Shown here in pieces: positions 62,578 to 64,000 of a DNA stretch of 64,000 bases. The first letter of the stretch is position 1. Each line of letters starts with the position of its first letter. The translations under genes were made by a program, and so were the position numbers. A model generated the notes under the pieces. That model did not search any database. It saw only the letters and a list, made by a program, of their open reading frames with translations, and had not been told where the DNA came from. Source of the DNA: Dehalococcoidia bacterium (GTDB taxonomy: Bacteria > Chloroflexota > Dehalococcoidia > Lucifugimonadales > UBA1127); assembly GCA_965205235.1 (NCBI GenBank), contig CBDBGD010000008.1, forward strand, positions 106,629 through 170,628, written 5' to 3'.

Positions 62578-64000
62578 CTACTGGCCGGCGAGGTGGGCCA
62601 GCTCCTCCTCCACCAGCTTGACCACCAGGTCATCCAGGTTCTCCACCGAGTACTCGCTCACCTGGTGGGGAGTCTGGCCGCCGTAGAGGATGAACAGGAA
62701 CCGCCCCATGGTGTGGACGGCCACCTGCCGGAATATGTACTCGCCCTGGGTGTTGAGTCCGCTGGATGCGATGGGAAAGACCTTGATGCCGCGCCGGCTG
62801 GCTTCCATCATCTCCACGGCGTAGTCGTAGTCCTGTGCGTAGTCCAGGTGGGGCGGCGCATCGGCGATGAGGAAGACCAGCCTCAGCGCCTCGCCGCCTC
62901 GCCACTCCGGGCCGTTGACCGCGGTGTGGAGCGCCTCGTTGAGTGACTCCGGCTCGTCGCCGCCGCCGTCTGCCTGCACCCCGCGAATGGAGTCCAGGAA
63001 CTGCCCGATGTCGGCCTCGAAGTCGTACGTCCTCGTGACGAACTCGTCGCCCCGGTCGCGGTAGGCCACCATCCCGAACCGCAGGTCAGGCTGGGACGGC
63101 AGGTCGCTGATGCGTGCGGCGATGGACAGAAGCGTCGTCTTGATCTGGTCTATCTCGTCCGACATGCTCCCGGTGGCGTCCAGCAGGAACAGAACGTCCA
63201 GTGGCACGTCCCCGGAGCGCTCCGGCGCGCCGTCCATCGCGATGGTCCATTCGGAGTCTCCGTTTCGCTCGAACTCGGCGGTCTGGCTGGCGTCGCCCTT
63301 CTCGACCACGACGCGGAACCGCATGGCCTCGGCGTGGTCCGACGACAGTCGGGGGAAGAAGAGGGTCTGCCCGTTCGCGTACGTGCGCCCCTCCGACAGC
63401 AGCGCCTCCCCTGCGAACGTCCGCACGGTGGCGTTGGGGATTGGCCGGCCGTCGGGCCCGACGATGGTGATGATATAGCGCTCGGACACGTCCAGGTCGT
63501 GGACTGCCGGGCCCTCGTACCCCTGCCGGTACGCCAGGTACTCCTCCCATCGCTGGTTGTCGTCCACCTCCCCTGCGGAGATCGAGACTGGGACCCAGTC
63601 CGCCGACGAGGAAGATTCGGCGCTCGTCGTCACCGCGGCTGTTGCAGCTTCCGCTGAGGAGGCGGGCGCGGCACTCATCGAATCAGCTCTGGCCGCCGCT
63701 GATGAGGTGGATGCGACGCTGGTCGTCGTCGCGGCAGTCGTGGCCGCGACGGTCGTCGTGGAGGCTCGCGTGGTGCTGGTCGTCGTCGCGGTGGTTGTCC
63801 CCGTCGTCGAGGAAGCGGGCGCGGTGCTGGTCGTCGTCGTTTCGGCTGCCGTCGCCGTCGTCGAGGAGCCGATGGCCGGGCTCGTCGTCGCCGCGGTGGA
63901 CCCGCTGCTGACGTCTCCTCCGGAGTCGGACGCTCCCCCGCCGCACGCGCCCATCATGACGGCGATGAGTGCCATTCCCGCGATGCTGGCGGCTAGCTTG
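62578..64000 (-). CDS. von Willebrand factor type A (VWA) domain lipoprotein, N-terminus probably beyond the window edge
   Basis: Lipobox-like VMMGAC|GGG. A Thr/Ser/Ala-rich linker of about 100 aa. MIDAS LFLLDATGSMSDE. The frame stays open to nt 64000 (KLAASIAGMALIAV...). Confidence 0.8.
   Translation of the reverse strand, partial: KLAASIAGMALIAVMMGACGGGASDSGGDVSSGSTAATTSPAIGSSTTATAAETTTTSTAPASSTTGTTTATTTSTTRASTTTVAATTAATTTSVASTSSAAARADSMSAAPASSAEAATAAVTTSAESSSSADWVPVSISAGEVDDNQRWEEYLAYRQGYEGPAVHDLDVSERYIITIVGPDGRPIPNATVRTFAGEALLSEGRTYANGQTLFFPRLSSDHAEAMRFRVVVEKGDASQTAEFERNGDSEWTIAMDGAPERSGDVPLDVLFLLDATGSMSDEIDQIKTTLLSIAARISDLPSQPDLRFGMVAYRDRGDEFVTRTYDFEADIGQFLDSIRGVQADGGGDEPESLNEALHTAVNGPEWRGGEALRLVFLIADAPPHLDYAQDYDYAVEMMEASRRGIKVFPIASSGLNTQGEYIFRQVAVHTMGRFLFILYGGQTPHQVSEYSVENLDDLVVKLVEEELAHLAGQ

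Overview
High-GC window; hand-counted 100-nt samples gave 59-68% GC. It holds about 58 supportable protein genes, one complete 16S rRNA gene, several intergenic repeat families, and no transposase, integrase, CRISPR array or tRNA that I could see. The 16S signatures look Chloroflexota-like, but that is a low-confidence inference made without a database search. Gene content is dominated by amide- and peptide-bond hydrolases: two S9 peptidases, an M24 peptidase, a TRZ/ATZ-type amidohydrolase, a formamidase, a DUF1028 protein, three amidohydrolase-2 genes, a hydantoinase, four isochorismatase-like genes and an MBL-fold hydrolase. Transporters include a peptide-type ABC importer with a tandemly duplicated binding protein, a DrrAB-like exporter, a MacAB-like exporter and a SulP permease. 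Small toxin-antitoxin genes include an intact hicAB, a decayed hicAB, phd-vapC, an orphan HigA-like antidote and a solitary HEPN protein. Seven observations stand out. (1) A peroxiredoxin-like gene has an in-frame TGA exactly where the catalytic Cys of the WCxxC motif should be, followed by a SECIS-like hairpin, so it is a probable selenoprotein. (2) An eight-gene co-directional string has gaps or overlaps of 4 nt or less at six of its seven junctions. It joins a STAS / REC-PP2C / RsbW-like partner-switching module, a binding protein and a histidine kinase to the ATP-grasp / alpha-E / transglutaminase triad. (3) Four tandem isochorismatase-like paralogs, with an embedded translationally coupled YbjQ gene, lie behind an S9 peptidase. 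(4) The 16S rRNA gene has no 23S, 5S or tRNA downstream. (5) A lower-GC PD-(D/E)xK nuclease gene sits inside a long catabolic gene run. (6) A pair of ~300-bp repeats in inverted orientation brackets a five-gene segment. (7) A G4/C-rich repeat module supplies the start codon of the HEPN gene. The many long ORFs antisense to recognisable genes are treated as high-GC artefacts.
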